From an uncultured bacterium (lineage in GTDB: Bacteria > Omnitrophota > Omnitrophia > Omnitrophales > Aquincolibacteriaceae): a stretch of DNA of 48,209 bases. Below, piece after piece: positions 8,716-18,051 of the stretch. The notes under the pieces are model-generated. The model ran no database searches and was not told the DNA's origin. It saw only the letters and a list, made by a program, of their open reading frames with translations. Positions within the stretch are counted from its first letter, which is position 1; the number at the start of each line of letters is the position of its first letter. Location: positions 1-48,209 of the forward strand of contig CAZGCC010000001.1 of assembly GCA_964524195.1 (NCBI GenBank). Reading direction: 5' to 3'. A program made the position numbers and the translations under genes.

Positions 8716-9819
8716 TTAAAAAAATTTTTCATTTTTCGCTCGAGAGTTCTTTTCGCAAGGAAAAGTTCTCGAGCGATTTTTTTCAAGCGCCAAGGCGATC
8801 TTCCGGTGAGGGGAGGGGAAAGCGATCTCTCTCAGCCTGGAGACCGGAAGCCATCTTCCATGCGGGCGGTTCAACAAACTCGTTTTTTCTAGCCTCGAGC
8901 CATAAACCTCAAGCGTGACCCGATATTTTGTAAAGCCATGCTGAATTTTCAAAAAAAGAACAGGCTTCAGCTCTAACGGACGGATTTCCTCGAGCATGTC
9001 AGTTCTTCGAGGCCAGAAGGGGAACATCCACAATCCTCCCCAGCGGCTTTGCTCGGGCTGTTTCTCAAGCCAAACCTCATCCTCTCCATTGCGTAATACC
9101 AGCGCCGCCATTCGAATTTTTTCATAGGTCTCTTTTCGAAAGCGGACCGGATAAAAGAGCTCCTTTCCTTTCTGATGTGCCCGGCACTCTCTTCTTACTG
9201 GGCAGCGGGCGCATTGAGGGATCAGGGGAAAGCAAACCGTGGCGCCCAACTCCATCAGGGCTTGGTTGAAATCCCCCGGGTTTTTTCCCGGCAGAAGGGC
9301 CCCGGCCATCGACCAAAGTTTTTCCAGGGTCTTTTGCTTGTCCACGCTTTGAGGGATGGCAAAGATCCTTGTGAGGATGCGGATCACATTTCCGTCAAGG
9401 ACCGGAGTTTTTTCGTTAAACGCGATACTGGCGACCGCTCCCGCCGTATAGCGGCCGATTCCGGGAAGCCTTCTTAAGGCTTCAGCGGTTTGAGGGATTT
9501 TTCCATGGAATTCTCTCTGAACCCGCTGAGCCGCCTTGTGGAATAGACGGACTCTGCGGTAATAACCGAGCCCTGCCCAGGATTTTATGGCTTTAGAGAG
9601 GGGGGCATGCGCCAATGCGGCTAACGACGGGAAAGCTTTGAGCCACCGTTTATAGTAAGGAATAACTGTAGCTACCTGGGTTTGCTGGAGCATGATCTCG
9701 GAAACCCAGATCTTGTAGGGATCGCGAACGCGTCGCCACGGGAGGTCCCTTTTTTCCCGGGAATACCACTTCCGGAGGGAGGCGCGGATTTTTTTGAAGG
9801 AGGAAAAAGAATCTTTCAT
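8716..9819 (-). CDS. mutY: A/G-specific adenine DNA glycosylase
   Basis: LPWR, DPYKIWVSEIMLQQTQV, GLGYY.R, the PGIG.YTA HhH motif, the C.P.C..CP....C Fe-S loop and a Nudix-like C-terminal domain. Confidence 0.9.
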   Translation of the reverse strand: MKDSFSSFKKIRASLRKWYSREKRDLPWRRVRDPYKIWVSEIMLQQTQVATVIPYYKRWLKAFPSLAALAHAPLSKAIKSWAGLGYYRRVRLFHKAAQRVQREFHGKIPQTAEALRRLPGIGRYTAGAVASIAFNEKTPVLDGNVIRILTRIFAIPQSVDKQKTLEKLWSMAGALLPGKNPGDFNQALMELGATVCFPLIPQCARCPVRRECRAHQKGKELFYPVRFRKETYEKIRMAALVLRNGEDEVWLEKQPEQSRWGGLWMFPFWPRRTDMLEEIRPLELKPVLFLKIQHGFTKYRVTLEVYGSRLEKTSLLNRPHGRWLPVSRLREIAFPSPHRKIALALEKNRSRTFPCEKNSRAKNEKFF

Positions 9820-10014
9820 GGGCGTATCATAGCGGGTCAGAGAAAGAGCGACAAGAGCTCTGATAAAAAGTGATAAAAAAAGGTTAAGGAAACGGACGGG
9901 GGGACGATAATTTCTAGGAAAATAAAGGGTTGCCCATGACGAGGAGTTATGGCAAAATGCGACCCAGTAGATGCTGCCGTATCTAGGCTTTTAAAAACCA
10001 AGGAGGAGAAACAA

Positions 10015-10347
10015 ATGAAGAAGATCATGAGTCTCGTAGTAATTCTTTCCATGATTCTCGCGCCGATGGCGTTTGCCGCGAGCCCGTGGACGGAAGAGAA
10101 AACCTATGGCGAAAAAGCCGTGGGCAAATTGGGATATGGCTTGACCAACACGATTCTCGGTTGGACCAAGCTTTTTTCCACCCCCAATGAATATTCTAAC
10201 GAAGGCAAGAATGTTTGGTCAGGCGTTGGACAGGGCATGATCGATGCGGGCGTTACCACGGTTCTCGGTGCCGTTCAGTTGGTCACCTTCGCGATTCCTG
10301 CTGACATTCCGATCCCGAGCGATGTGAATCTCGGCGGCGGCAAGTAA
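10015..10347 (+). CDS. Small secreted protein, TIGR04073-like paralog 3
   Basis: AAGGAGGAG Shine-Dalgarno before ATG 10015. Signal peptide ending AFA|AS. KLGYGLTNTILGWTKLF and GAVQLVTFAIP blocks. Confidence 0.5.
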   Translation: MKKIMSLVVILSMILAPMAFAASPWTEEKTYGEKAVGKLGYGLTNTILGWTKLFSTPNEYSNEGKNVWSGVGQGMIDAGVTTVLGAVQLVTFAIPADIPIPSDVNLGGGK

Positions 10348-10376
10348 GAACAGCGTTAGAAACAGATGTGAAAAAT

Positions 10377-10404
10377 GCCGGGTCTTCGGACCCGGCATTT
10401 TTTG
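10377..10404. terminator. Bidirectional rho-independent terminator
   Basis: AAAAAT-GCCGGGTC-TTCG-GACCCGGC-ATTTTTTG. Perfect 8-bp GC stem with a tetraloop, flanked by A- and T-tracts. Confidence 0.8.
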
Positions 10405-10439
10405 TTTCTAGGCCAACTTCAGGGCCAAGGTTCTCCCCT

Positions 10440-10589
10440 TTAATCAAAGAGTTCGTCCACCCAGCCCTTCTTGTTTTTCTCTATGCTTTCGCGAAGGCGA
10501 CTCTTTTTGGAGGGAGTGACGCGGGTCTTGGGGTTGATGGTCCAGCCGTGGCGGAGCTTGGGAACTTTTAAAGGTTTTTTCTTTGGCAT
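10440..10589 (-). CDS. 49-aa highly basic small protein (below the ORF-track cutoff)
   Basis: My reverse-complement translation: MPKKKPLKVPKLRHGWTINPKTRVTPSKKSRLRESIEKNKKGWVDELFD*. The ATG lies 11 nt after the suhB stop and is preceded by AGGAA. The stop lies 36 nt before the bidirectional terminator. Confidence 0.35.
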   Translation of the reverse strand: MPKKKPLKVPKLRHGWTINPKTRVTPSKKSRLRESIEKNKKGWVDELFD

Positions 10590-10600
10590 CGGAGTTCCTT

Positions 10601-11401
10601 CTAGGAAGGGGAGCCGCCTAAACTTTTGAAGGGCGTAAGAGCCCGGAGCATTTCCTCATGAACCCAGCCATTCGTAGCGAGATTTTGCCGTCCAGTCAGA
10701 GTTAAAGGTCTACCGGAAAAATCCGTAAGTTGTCCGCCAGCCTCCTTGGCGATCATCATACCGGCCGCCTTGTCCCAGGGCGAAAGATGCATCTCATAAT
10801 AGCCATCGAAACGGCCGCAGGCGACATAGCAAAGGTCGATCGCGGCCGAACCGGTGCGTCGGATGCATTGGACCTTGGTCAGGAAGGAGCGAAGCATGCT
10901 CAGGTAATCTTCCGGATTCTTTTTTCGGTCATAGGGGAAACCGGTCACAACAAGAGCTTCCGAGAGGCTTTTTGCTTTAGAGACATGGATGCGTTCCCCG
11001 TTCAAAAAAGCGCCCTTGTCGCGCTCGGCGAAAAAGAGTTCATTGCGGGTAGGGTCCAACACGCCGCCCATCTCCAGCCGTCCATTCTGCTCGAAGCCGA
11101 TCGAAACAGAAAAAACCGGAAAACCATGGGTAAAGTTTGTGGTCCCGTCGATGGGGTCGATGATCCAGCGGCATTCAGAGCCCTGAAGCGCGGGGGATTC
11201 TTCGGCCAGGATCGAATGGCCCGGAAAACGCTTTAAGATCAGCTCTACGATGGCTTTTTCCGAAGCTTTATCGATCTCCGTGACAAGGTTGAACTCGCCT
11301 TTCTTGGTGATCTTGAGCTTCTTCCCGAAGCTCGCGCGGATGATCTTTCCGGCTTTGGCCAGCGCTTCCAAGAGCGTACTTTTAATTTTAGCGTTCTTCA
11401 T
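10601..11401 (-). CDS. suhB: Inositol monophosphatase family protein
   Basis: ILAEES, WIIDPIDGTTNF, the GSAA.DL..VA.G..D.Y pattern and WD.AAG. Start chosen at MKNAKIK, with an alternative upstream ATG at 11443. Confidence 0.85.
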   Translation of the reverse strand: MKNAKIKSTLLEALAKAGKIIRASFGKKLKITKKGEFNLVTEIDKASEKAIVELILKRFPGHSILAEESPALQGSECRWIIDPIDGTTNFTHGFPVFSVSIGFEQNGRLEMGGVLDPTRNELFFAERDKGAFLNGERIHVSKAKSLSEALVVTGFPYDRKKNPEDYLSMLRSFLTKVQCIRRTGSAAIDLCYVACGRFDGYYEMHLSPWDKAAGMMIAKEAGGQLTDFSGRPLTLTGRQNLATNGWVHEEMLRALTPFKSLGGSPS

Positions 11402-11452
11402 ATAAAATGTGGTTCCTTTTGATGAGTCCGGTTGCGGTATCAAGGCATTCTA

Positions 11453-11493
11453 GTCCCAATACTTTTCAATTTCAATGAAGTTGAAATTGGGGC
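11453..11493. repeat. Family-1 conserved 41-nt hairpin element, copy A
   Basis: GTCCCAATACTTTTCAATTTCAATGAAGTTGAAATTGGGGC. It matches 47872-47912 at 33 of 41 positions. The flanks are near-identical (one change) and the top of the stem covaries. Confidence 0.7.
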
Positions 11494-11602
11494 AACCCTT
11501 GTCAGCCATTTTTAAAATAAATTTTTAGACAAGGGTAGCGAAGGCGCCTTGTGTCGCAATGTTCTCATAGGTCTGATAACCCTTAACGCTAGAGGAACCC
11601 TC

Positions 11603-12688
11603 ATGAAATCCTATCGTGTTACTTTGATCCCCGGTGATGGTGTTGGCCCCGAACTTGCGGAAGCCGCCCAGCTCTGTCTTGATGCTACAGGAGTGAGATT
11701 CGATTGGGACATTCAAGCCGCGGGCTTGGATGTAATGGATGCCGAAGGGACGCCGCTTCCGGATCGAGTGATCGAATCCATTCGGAAGAATAAGATCGCC
11801 ATCAAAGCGCCGATCACCACGCCCGTTGGAACGGGCTTCCGTTCCGTTAATGTAGCGCTCCGAAAGGAGCTCGACCTTTATGCCTGCGTGCGGCCCTGCA
11901 AATCCTACGAAGGAGTCCGTTCCCGCTATAAAAAGATCGATCTTGTGATCGTCCGCGAAAACACAGAAGATCTTTACGCCGGCATCGAGTTCCAAAAAGG
12001 AACCCCGGAAGCCAAAGACCTGATCGGTCAGATCGAGAAACTCTCTCAAAAGAAGATCCGGCCGGATTCCGGCATCAGCATTAAACCGATCTCCGTGACC
12101 GGGACCGAGCGGATCGTGAAATATGCTTTTGAATACGCGAAGCAATACAAGCGCAAAAAGGTCACAGCGGTCCATAAAGCGAACATTATGAAATTCACCG
12201 ACGGGTTGTTCCTGGAAGTGGCGAGGGAAGTGGCCAAGAAGTATCCGGAGGTCGAATTCGAGGATCGGATCGTGGACAATATGTGCATGCAGCTGGTCCA
12301 GAAGCCTGAGCTTTACGATGTCCTTGTCCTTCCCAATCTTTACGGAGATATCGTTTCCGATCTTTGTGCCGGGCTGATCGGCGGGCTCGGAGTTGCGCCG
12401 GGCGCCAATATAGGAACGGACAGCGCTCTTTTTGAGGCGACGCATGGCTCCGCTCCGAAATACAAAGGACAGAACAAATTAAATCCAACCGCTGTGATCC
12501 TCTCGGGTGTTTTAATGCTCCGCTATTTGGGCGAAATCCAGGCGGCGGACCGGCTTGAGAAAGCCGTCGCCGAGGTGATCCGCGAAGGCAAGGATGTCAC
12601 TTATGATATGAAAGCCGATCGAAACGATCCCAGCGCGGTGGGCACAAGAGAGATGGGGCAAGCCATTATCAGAAAGATGAAAGGATAG
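11603..12688 (+). CDS. icd: Isocitrate dehydrogenase of the isocitrate/isopropylmalate dehydrogenase family (NAD-IDH-like)
   Basis: [61 protein letters not shown] and GSAP..KG.NK.NPTA. TCA gene context. Confidence 0.75.
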   Translation: MKSYRVTLIPGDGVGPELAEAAQLCLDATGVRFDWDIQAAGLDVMDAEGTPLPDRVIESIRKNKIAIKAPITTPVGTGFRSVNVALRKELDLYACVRPCKSYEGVRSRYKKIDLVIVRENTEDLYAGIEFQKGTPEAKDLIGQIEKLSQKKIRPDSGISIKPISVTGTERIVKYAFEYAKQYKRKKVTAVHKANIMKFTDGLFLEVAREVAKKYPEVEFEDRIVDNMCMQLVQKPELYDVLVLPNLYGDIVSDLCAGLIGGLGVAPGANIGTDSALFEATHGSAPKYKGQNKLNPTAVILSGVLMLRYLGEIQAADRLEKAVAEVIREGKDVTYDMKADRNDPSAVGTREMGQAIIRKMKG

Positions 12689-12689
12689 T

Positions 12690-13619
12690 ATGAAAAGGGC
12701 CAAAGTGACCGTAGTCGGAGCGGGTTTCGTCGGCGCGACCGCCGCGCAAAGGATCGTCGAAAAAGATCTCGCCGATGTTGTTTTAATTGATATCGTGGAA
12801 GGCCTACCGCAAGGCAAGGCGCTTGATATGATGGAGTCGGCGCCTGTGGAAGGATTTTCCTCGAAGATCCTTGGAACGAACCAGTATGCGGACACCGCCG
12901 GGTCTGCCGTGATCGTGATCACAGCGGGTCTTGCGCGAAAGCCTGGCATGAGCCGCGATGACCTTCTTTTCAAGAACGCGGAGATCGTGGGAGGGATCGT
13001 GACTGGATGTGCAAAATATTCTCCAGAGGCCATTCTCGTGATAGTGACCAATCCGCTGGATGTCATGACCTGGCTTGCGCAAAAAAAATCAGGATTTCCA
13101 GCAGAACGAGTGATCGGCATGGCCGGGGAGCTGGATTCTGCGCGGTACAGCTACTTCATTGCTGAAAAATTGGGCTGTAAACCCTCCGAAGTGAAAGCAG
13201 TCGTGCTTGGCGGGCACGGAGACCAGATGGTCCCGGTGCCGCAACTGACCAAAGTCAAAGGAAAGCCCATTACAAAACTCTTGGAGCCTGCGACGATCGA
13301 GGCGATCAATCAGCGAACACGGGATGGCGGAGCCGAGATCGTGAAGCTTCTCAAGTCGGGGAGCGCCTACTACGCGCCTTCTTCTTCGGCTGTCAAAATG
13401 GTCCGGGCCATTCTCAAAAATACCGGCGAAGTCATTCCTTCATGTGTTTATCTGACAGGGCAATACGGCTTAAAGGATGTTTATTGCGGCGTTCCCGCGA
13501 AGCTCGGACGGGAAGGAGTCAAAAAAATAATTGAACTTCCCGTCACCCCGGCTCAGGCGCAAGCCCTTCAGGTGTCTGCCGCGGATGTCCGGCTGAATTT
13601 TGAAAAAACAAAGGTCTGA
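12690..13619 (+). CDS. mdh: Malate dehydrogenase (LDH-like family)
   Basis: KVTVVGAGFVGATAA, ITAGLARKPGMSRDDL, VTNPLD and GGHGD.MVP. Confidence 0.9.
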   Translation: MKRAKVTVVGAGFVGATAAQRIVEKDLADVVLIDIVEGLPQGKALDMMESAPVEGFSSKILGTNQYADTAGSAVIVITAGLARKPGMSRDDLLFKNAEIVGGIVTGCAKYSPEAILVIVTNPLDVMTWLAQKKSGFPAERVIGMAGELDSARYSYFIAEKLGCKPSEVKAVVLGGHGDQMVPVPQLTKVKGKPITKLLEPATIEAINQRTRDGGAEIVKLLKSGSAYYAPSSSAVKMVRAILKNTGEVIPSCVYLTGQYGLKDVYCGVPAKLGREGVKKIIELPVTPAQAQALQVSAADVRLNFEKTKV

Positions 13620-13620
13620 A

Positions 13621-14028
13621 ATGTCTCATATTGCTTGGGATCCAAAATACAGCGTTAACATCGAAGCGATCGACGAGCAACATAAGCACCTCTTCGAGGT
13701 TTTAGGGAATCTTTTCGACGAAATGGGCCAAAAGAGGGCCCAAGAGACCCTGGGAGGCATTATCGCAGAGCTCATTCAGTATGCGAGCGAGCACTTTGCG
13801 ACAGAAGAAATCTTCATGACGCAATACGGCTTTCCGGGTTATGCCCAACACAAGAAAGAACACGAGGCTTTTAAAGCCAAAGTTGCCGCTTTTCAAAAAG
13901 GCTTTGATGCGGGGAAAGCGACGCTTTCGATAGAAGTAATCGATTTTTTGACGGGTTGGCTGGATCATCATATTTTGAAGGTCGATCAGGAATACAGCCC
14001 GTTTCTGAATGAAAAAGGGGTTTGTTGA
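13621..14028 (+). CDS. Bacteriohemerythrin
   Basis: I.WD..YSV....ID.QHK.LF, H.FATEE..M, the Y.GY..HK.EH pattern and WL..HI...D give the hemerythrin His/Glu/Asp iron ligand pattern. Confidence 0.85.
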   Translation: MSHIAWDPKYSVNIEAIDEQHKHLFEVLGNLFDEMGQKRAQETLGGIIAELIQYASEHFATEEIFMTQYGFPGYAQHKKEHEAFKAKVAAFQKGFDAGKATLSIEVIDFLTGWLDHHILKVDQEYSPFLNEKGVC

Positions 14029-16718
14029 TGAGTCTTTTGAACAGTTTCGGGAGCAAGGTAACCTTAAAGATCGCGGGGAAGGACTACACGATCTACCGGC
14101 TTCGCGCGCTTCAGGAATGCGGCATTGCGAAAGTCCAACGACTTCCGTTTTCCATCCGCGTGCTTCTTGAGAATCTGCTCCGGAACGAAGACGGCAAAAG
14201 CGTGACCGCCAAGGACATCGAACGGCTCGCGACCTGGGACCCGGCCCGGAAAAGCGAACACGAGATCGCATTCACGCCAGCCCGCGTCCTGCTTCAGGAT
14301 TTTACGGGAGTTCCGGCCGTCGTGGATCTTGCGGCGATGCGTGAAGCGATGATGAAGATGGGGGGTGACCCCAAAAAGATCAACCCGCTTCAGCCCGTGG
14401 ACCTTGTTATAGATCATTCGGTCCAGACAGATTTTTCAGGGAGCGGGGAAGCCTTCTCAAAAAATATCACCCGTGAATTTGAACGAAATCAAGAGCGCTA
14501 CCAGTTCCTCAAGTGGGGCCAGCAGGCCTTTCGCAACTTTCGCGTAGTCCCTCCCGCGACCGGGATCATTCATCAGGTGAATCTCGAATATCTTTCCCCC
14601 GTGATCTTCAGCCGGAAAGACGGCGCAAAAACTTTCCTTTATCCGGACACGCTTGTGGGGACGGACTCTCACACCACGATGATCAACGGCCTTGGCGTTC
14701 TCGGTTGGGGTGTGGGAGGGATCGAAGCTGAAGCCGCGATGTTGGGGCAGCCCATCTCCATGCTGATCCCCGAAGTGATGGGAGTTAAATTCTCAGGGAA
14801 ATTATCTGACGGAGTGACCGCCACGGATCTTGTGCTAACTGTGACCGAGAAACTCCGGGAAAAAGGCGTGGTCGGGAAATTTGTGGAATTCTTCGGCCCC
14901 GGCGTAAGCGAACTTTCGCTTGCGGAGCGCGCGGTGGTCGCGAACATGGCTCCCGAATACGGTGCCACAGCCGGATTTTTCCCGGCCGATCAGGAAACGC
15001 TGAATTTTTTAAAACTCACCGGCAGGAATCCCGAGCAGGTCGCGCTCGCGGAGGTTTATCTAAAGGAGCAAGGGCTCTTCAGGTACGGGGCCGATGAAAG
15101 GATCGTTTATTCGGATACTCTGGAACTTGATCTTTCTGCCGTTGTTCCGAGCATGGCGGGGCCCAAACGCCCCCAGGATCGCGTGACGCTTAAAGAAGTA
15201 AAACCTTCTTTTAAGAAGGTTTTAGACGAAACGGCGAAAATTAAAACAGACGCGAAGAAAAAAGCCTCGATCGAGATCGGTGGCGAAAAATGCGAACTCG
15301 CTCAAGGCGCGGTGGTCATTGCTTCCATCACGAGCTGCACAAACACCTCAAGCCCCTCCGTGATGCTTGCGGCGGGAATTCTCGCCAAAAAGGCGCTTCA
15401 AAAAGGGCTGACCGTGAAGCCCTGGGTGAAGACAAGTCTTGCCCCGGGATCCCAGGTCGTGACGGATTATCTTGCCGCAAGCGGTCTTTTGTCGTGTCTG
15501 GAGGTGCTGAAGTTCAATCTCGTGGGATACGGTTGCATGACTTGCATCGGGAATTCCGGACCGCTTGCCGAGCCTGTCTCGAAAGCCATCAAAGAAAAAG
15601 ATCTGGTCGTGGCTTCGGTGCTTTCAGGGAACCGCAATTTCGAAGGCCGCGTGCATGCCCAGGTTCGCGCCAATTATCTTGCCTCGCCGCCGCTTGTGGT
15701 GGCTTACGCGATCGCGGGCACCGTCATGATCGATCTTGAAAAAGAGCCGCTGGGGCTTGGAAAGAACGGCAAGCCGGTCTACTTGCGGGATATCTGGCCG
15801 AGCTCGGCGGAAGTCCGGGAAGCCATGAAAAGCGTTGATGCTTCAATGTTCCGGAACCGTTACAAGAATGTTTTTGAAGGCAATGACGCGTGGCGTGCTT
15901 TAGAAGCTCCCGCGGGGGACACCTTCGCTTGGGATAAGAAATCCCTTTATGTGAAGCACCCGCCCTACTTTAAAAAAATGCCCGACGGGCCGCTGGAGCT
16001 CAAAGACATTAAAGAAGCCAGGGTCTTGGCGATCTTGGGCGACTCCATCACGACCGATCACATTTCCCCCGCAGGTTCGATCAAACCAGACAGCCCGGCT
16101 GGGAAATACCTGATCGAAAATGGAGTTGAACCCAAGGAGTTTAATTCTTACGGCGCTCGGCGCGGCAATCATGAAGTGATGGTGCGGGGGACTTTCGCGA
16201 ATATCCGCCTGAAAAATCAGATGGTTCCGGGCGTCGAAGGGGGCATGACCCGGTATTTTCCGGAAAAAGGGAAGCCCGTTGTGACCACGATCTTTGATGC
16301 CTCCATGAAATATCAGGAAGAGAAACGGCCGCTTTTGATCCTTGCGGGCAAGGAATATGGCTCTGGCTCATCGCGCGATTGGGCGGCCAAAGGCCCCGCG
16401 CTTTTAGGTGTCAAAACCGTGATCGCCGAAAGTTATGAGAGGATCCATCGCAGCAACCTGATCGGGATGGGCATTTTGCCGCTCCAGTTTTTCCAGGGCC
16501 AGAACGCCTCTTTTTTTGGACTCAAGGGCGGAGAGCTTTATTCGATCGAAGGGATTTCCAAGGGGCTCAAGCCCGGCAAGATCCTTACGGTCAAGGTTTC
16601 CGGAACAGGAAAGACGAAGGTCTTTGAAGCGGTCTGCCGGATCGATACTCCGGTTGAACTCGAGTATTACCGGCATGGCGGCATCCTCCAGTTCGTTCTT
16701 CGCCAGCTTTTAAAATAA
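14028..16718 (+). CDS. acnA: Aconitate hydratase A
   Basis: [66 protein letters not shown] and [16 protein letters not shown]. The ATG shares one nt with the hemerythrin TGA. Confidence 0.95.
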   Translation: MSLLNSFGSKVTLKIAGKDYTIYRLRALQECGIAKVQRLPFSIRVLLENLLRNEDGKSVTAKDIERLATWDPARKSEHEIAFTPARVLLQDFTGVPAVVDLAAMREAMMKMGGDPKKINPLQPVDLVIDHSVQTDFSGSGEAFSKNITREFERNQERYQFLKWGQQAFRNFRVVPPATGIIHQVNLEYLSPVIFSRKDGAKTFLYPDTLVGTDSHTTMINGLGVLGWGVGGIEAEAAMLGQPISMLIPEVMGVKFSGKLSDGVTATDLVLTVTEKLREKGVVGKFVEFFGPGVSELSLAERAVVANMAPEYGATAGFFPADQETLNFLKLTGRNPEQVALAEVYLKEQGLFRYGADERIVYSDTLELDLSAVVPSMAGPKRPQDRVTLKEVKPSFKKVLDETAKIKTDAKKKASIEIGGEKCELAQGAVVIASITSCTNTSSPSVMLAAGILAKKALQKGLTVKPWVKTSLAPGSQVVTDYLAASGLLSCLEVLKFNLVGYGCMTCIGNSGPLAEPVSKAIKEKDLVVASVLSGNRNFEGRVHAQVRANYLASPPLVVAYAIAGTVMIDLEKEPLGLGKNGKPVYLRDIWPSSAEVREAMKSVDASMFRNRYKNVFEGNDAWRALEAPAGDTFAWDKKSLYVKHPPYFKKMPDGPLELKDIKEARVLAILGDSITTDHISPAGSIKPDSPAGKYLIENGVEPKEFNSYGARRGNHEVMVRGTFANIRLKNQMVPGVEGGMTRYFPEKGKPVVTTIFDASMKYQEEKRPLLILAGKEYGSGSSRDWAAKGPALLGVKTVIAESYERIHRSNLIGMGILPLQFFQGQNASFFGLKGGELYSIEGISKGLKPGKILTVKVSGTGKTKVFEAVCRIDTPVELEYYRHGGILQFVLRQLLK

Positions 16719-16819
16719 ATCAGCGGTTCCCGTTTTTGACGCTTCGAGTATAATACCGTCGTTGTCAGGCTGGAGGACGGCCCTTTTTTACATACATCAA
16801 ACAGGAGCAAAAAAATCAA

Positions 16820-17977
16820 ATGCCTCACTCAAAATCGAAAGAACCTTCAAGTGCGTCAAAACTGATCAAAGGTCTCGAAGGGGTCGTTGCGGCCCAGACT
16901 TCGTTAAGCGATGTGGACGGCGAGAACGGCCGGCTTCTTTATCGCGGGATGATGATCGGAGAGCTTGTTGAGAAATCCCATTTTGAGGAAGTGACCTACC
17001 TGCTTTGGTACAAGAAACTCCCGACCCAGGAGGAGCTGGTTCAGTTCAAGGATACCCTGAAGGCCCAGAGGCCTCTCTCCGAACTGGCGCTTCGCATTTT
17101 GAAGCTTGTCCCGACCTCAACGCATCCGATGAGCGCTCTAAGGACCATGTGCTCGCTTATGGGGAGTCTGGATCCCCGGGCACATATCGTGAATCCCGAA
17201 GAATCCCTCCGCAAGGCTTATCACTTGACGGGCGTTTTCCCGACCATTATTGCGGCTTTTTACCGGCTGCGCGAAGGAAAAGAACCTATTGCGCCCGACA
17301 TGGAGCTTTCCCATGCGGCTAATTTTTTATACATGATGTCCGGAAAAAAACCGACGCCGGAAATGGAGAAGGCGCTCGACGCCTATCTGATCCTGCTCGC
17401 CGATCACGGTCTGAACGCGTCGACTTTTGCGGCGCGTGTGACGACCGGAACGCTTTCCAACCTTTATTCGGCGGCGACTTCGGCGGTGGGGACGCTTGCC
17501 GGAGAATTGCACGGCGCGGCGAACCAGTACGCGATGGAAATGATCCTCGAGATCGCCTCGCCCGGGAACGCGGAGGCATTCGTCAATAAACTTCTGGATG
17601 AAAAAAAGAAAGTCATGGGATTCGGGCACCGTATTTACAAGACCCGGGATCCCCGCGCGGAAGCGTTCCGCGCCATTGCCCGGGACCTTTGCGTGAAAGC
17701 CGGGAAGACCTCGTGGCTTGAGATCGCCGATCATGTCGAAAAAGTCATGTGGGGCCGCAAAAAGATCCCCTGCAATGTGGATTTTTTCTCGGCACCGGTG
17801 CTTTATGTGCTTGGATTTCCTCCGGATTTTTTTACGACCGTCTTTGCGGCGAGCCGCATCGCGGGTTGGAGCGGGCATATTATCGAGCAGCAGCTCGATA
17901 ACCGGTTGATCCGTCCGATGGCGGAATATATCGGCCCGCAGGAGAACTACTACATTCCCTTTGAGGAGCGAAAATAG
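16820..17977 (+). CDS. gltA: Citrate synthase (short, about 380 aa type)
   Basis: LLADHGLNASTF, GPLHG-like GELHGAAN, GFGHRIYKTRDPRA, NVDFFS and AGW.GH. AGGAG Shine-Dalgarno. Confidence 0.9.
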   Translation: MPHSKSKEPSSASKLIKGLEGVVAAQTSLSDVDGENGRLLYRGMMIGELVEKSHFEEVTYLLWYKKLPTQEELVQFKDTLKAQRPLSELALRILKLVPTSTHPMSALRTMCSLMGSLDPRAHIVNPEESLRKAYHLTGVFPTIIAAFYRLREGKEPIAPDMELSHAANFLYMMSGKKPTPEMEKALDAYLILLADHGLNASTFAARVTTGTLSNLYSAATSAVGTLAGELHGAANQYAMEMILEIASPGNAEAFVNKLLDEKKKVMGFGHRIYKTRDPRAEAFRAIARDLCVKAGKTSWLEIADHVEKVMWGRKKIPCNVDFFSAPVLYVLGFPPDFFTTVFAASRIAGWSGHIIEQQLDNRLIRPMAEYIGPQENYYIPFEERK

Positions 17978-18051
17978 GGGCGTGACCTCATTCCCGCCAG
18001 CTTGACGGGGATCCGTTACGCCGTGTTAATGTTGAAAGGCTTCCGGGCCCC

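Noticed and set aside
10368-10571. 67-aa plus-strand ORF after the TIGR04073-like paralog 3
   Set aside because: It begins inside a strong bidirectional terminator hairpin and has no Shine-Dalgarno. The interval is better explained by the minus-strand 49-codon ORF plus the terminator.
11525-12445. 306-aa minus-strand ORF opposite icd
   Set aside because: It is antisense to a well-supported dehydrogenase gene and has no recognisable motifs. This is typical of long antisense frames in GC-balanced coding DNA.
16736-16754. TTGACG and TATAAT upstream of gltA as a sigma-70 promoter
   Set aside because: The two hexamers are only 7 nt apart, which is incompatible with a 16-18 nt spacer. TATAAT alone may still be a -10, but I cannot support a full promoter call.
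16787-16803. TTTACA-n5-CAAACA upstream of gltA as a Pho box
   Set aside because: The second hexamer is a poor match. The site lies only about 20 nt from the start codon, inside the likely 5' UTR, and lacks the 26-nt offset to a -10 seen at the other three sites.
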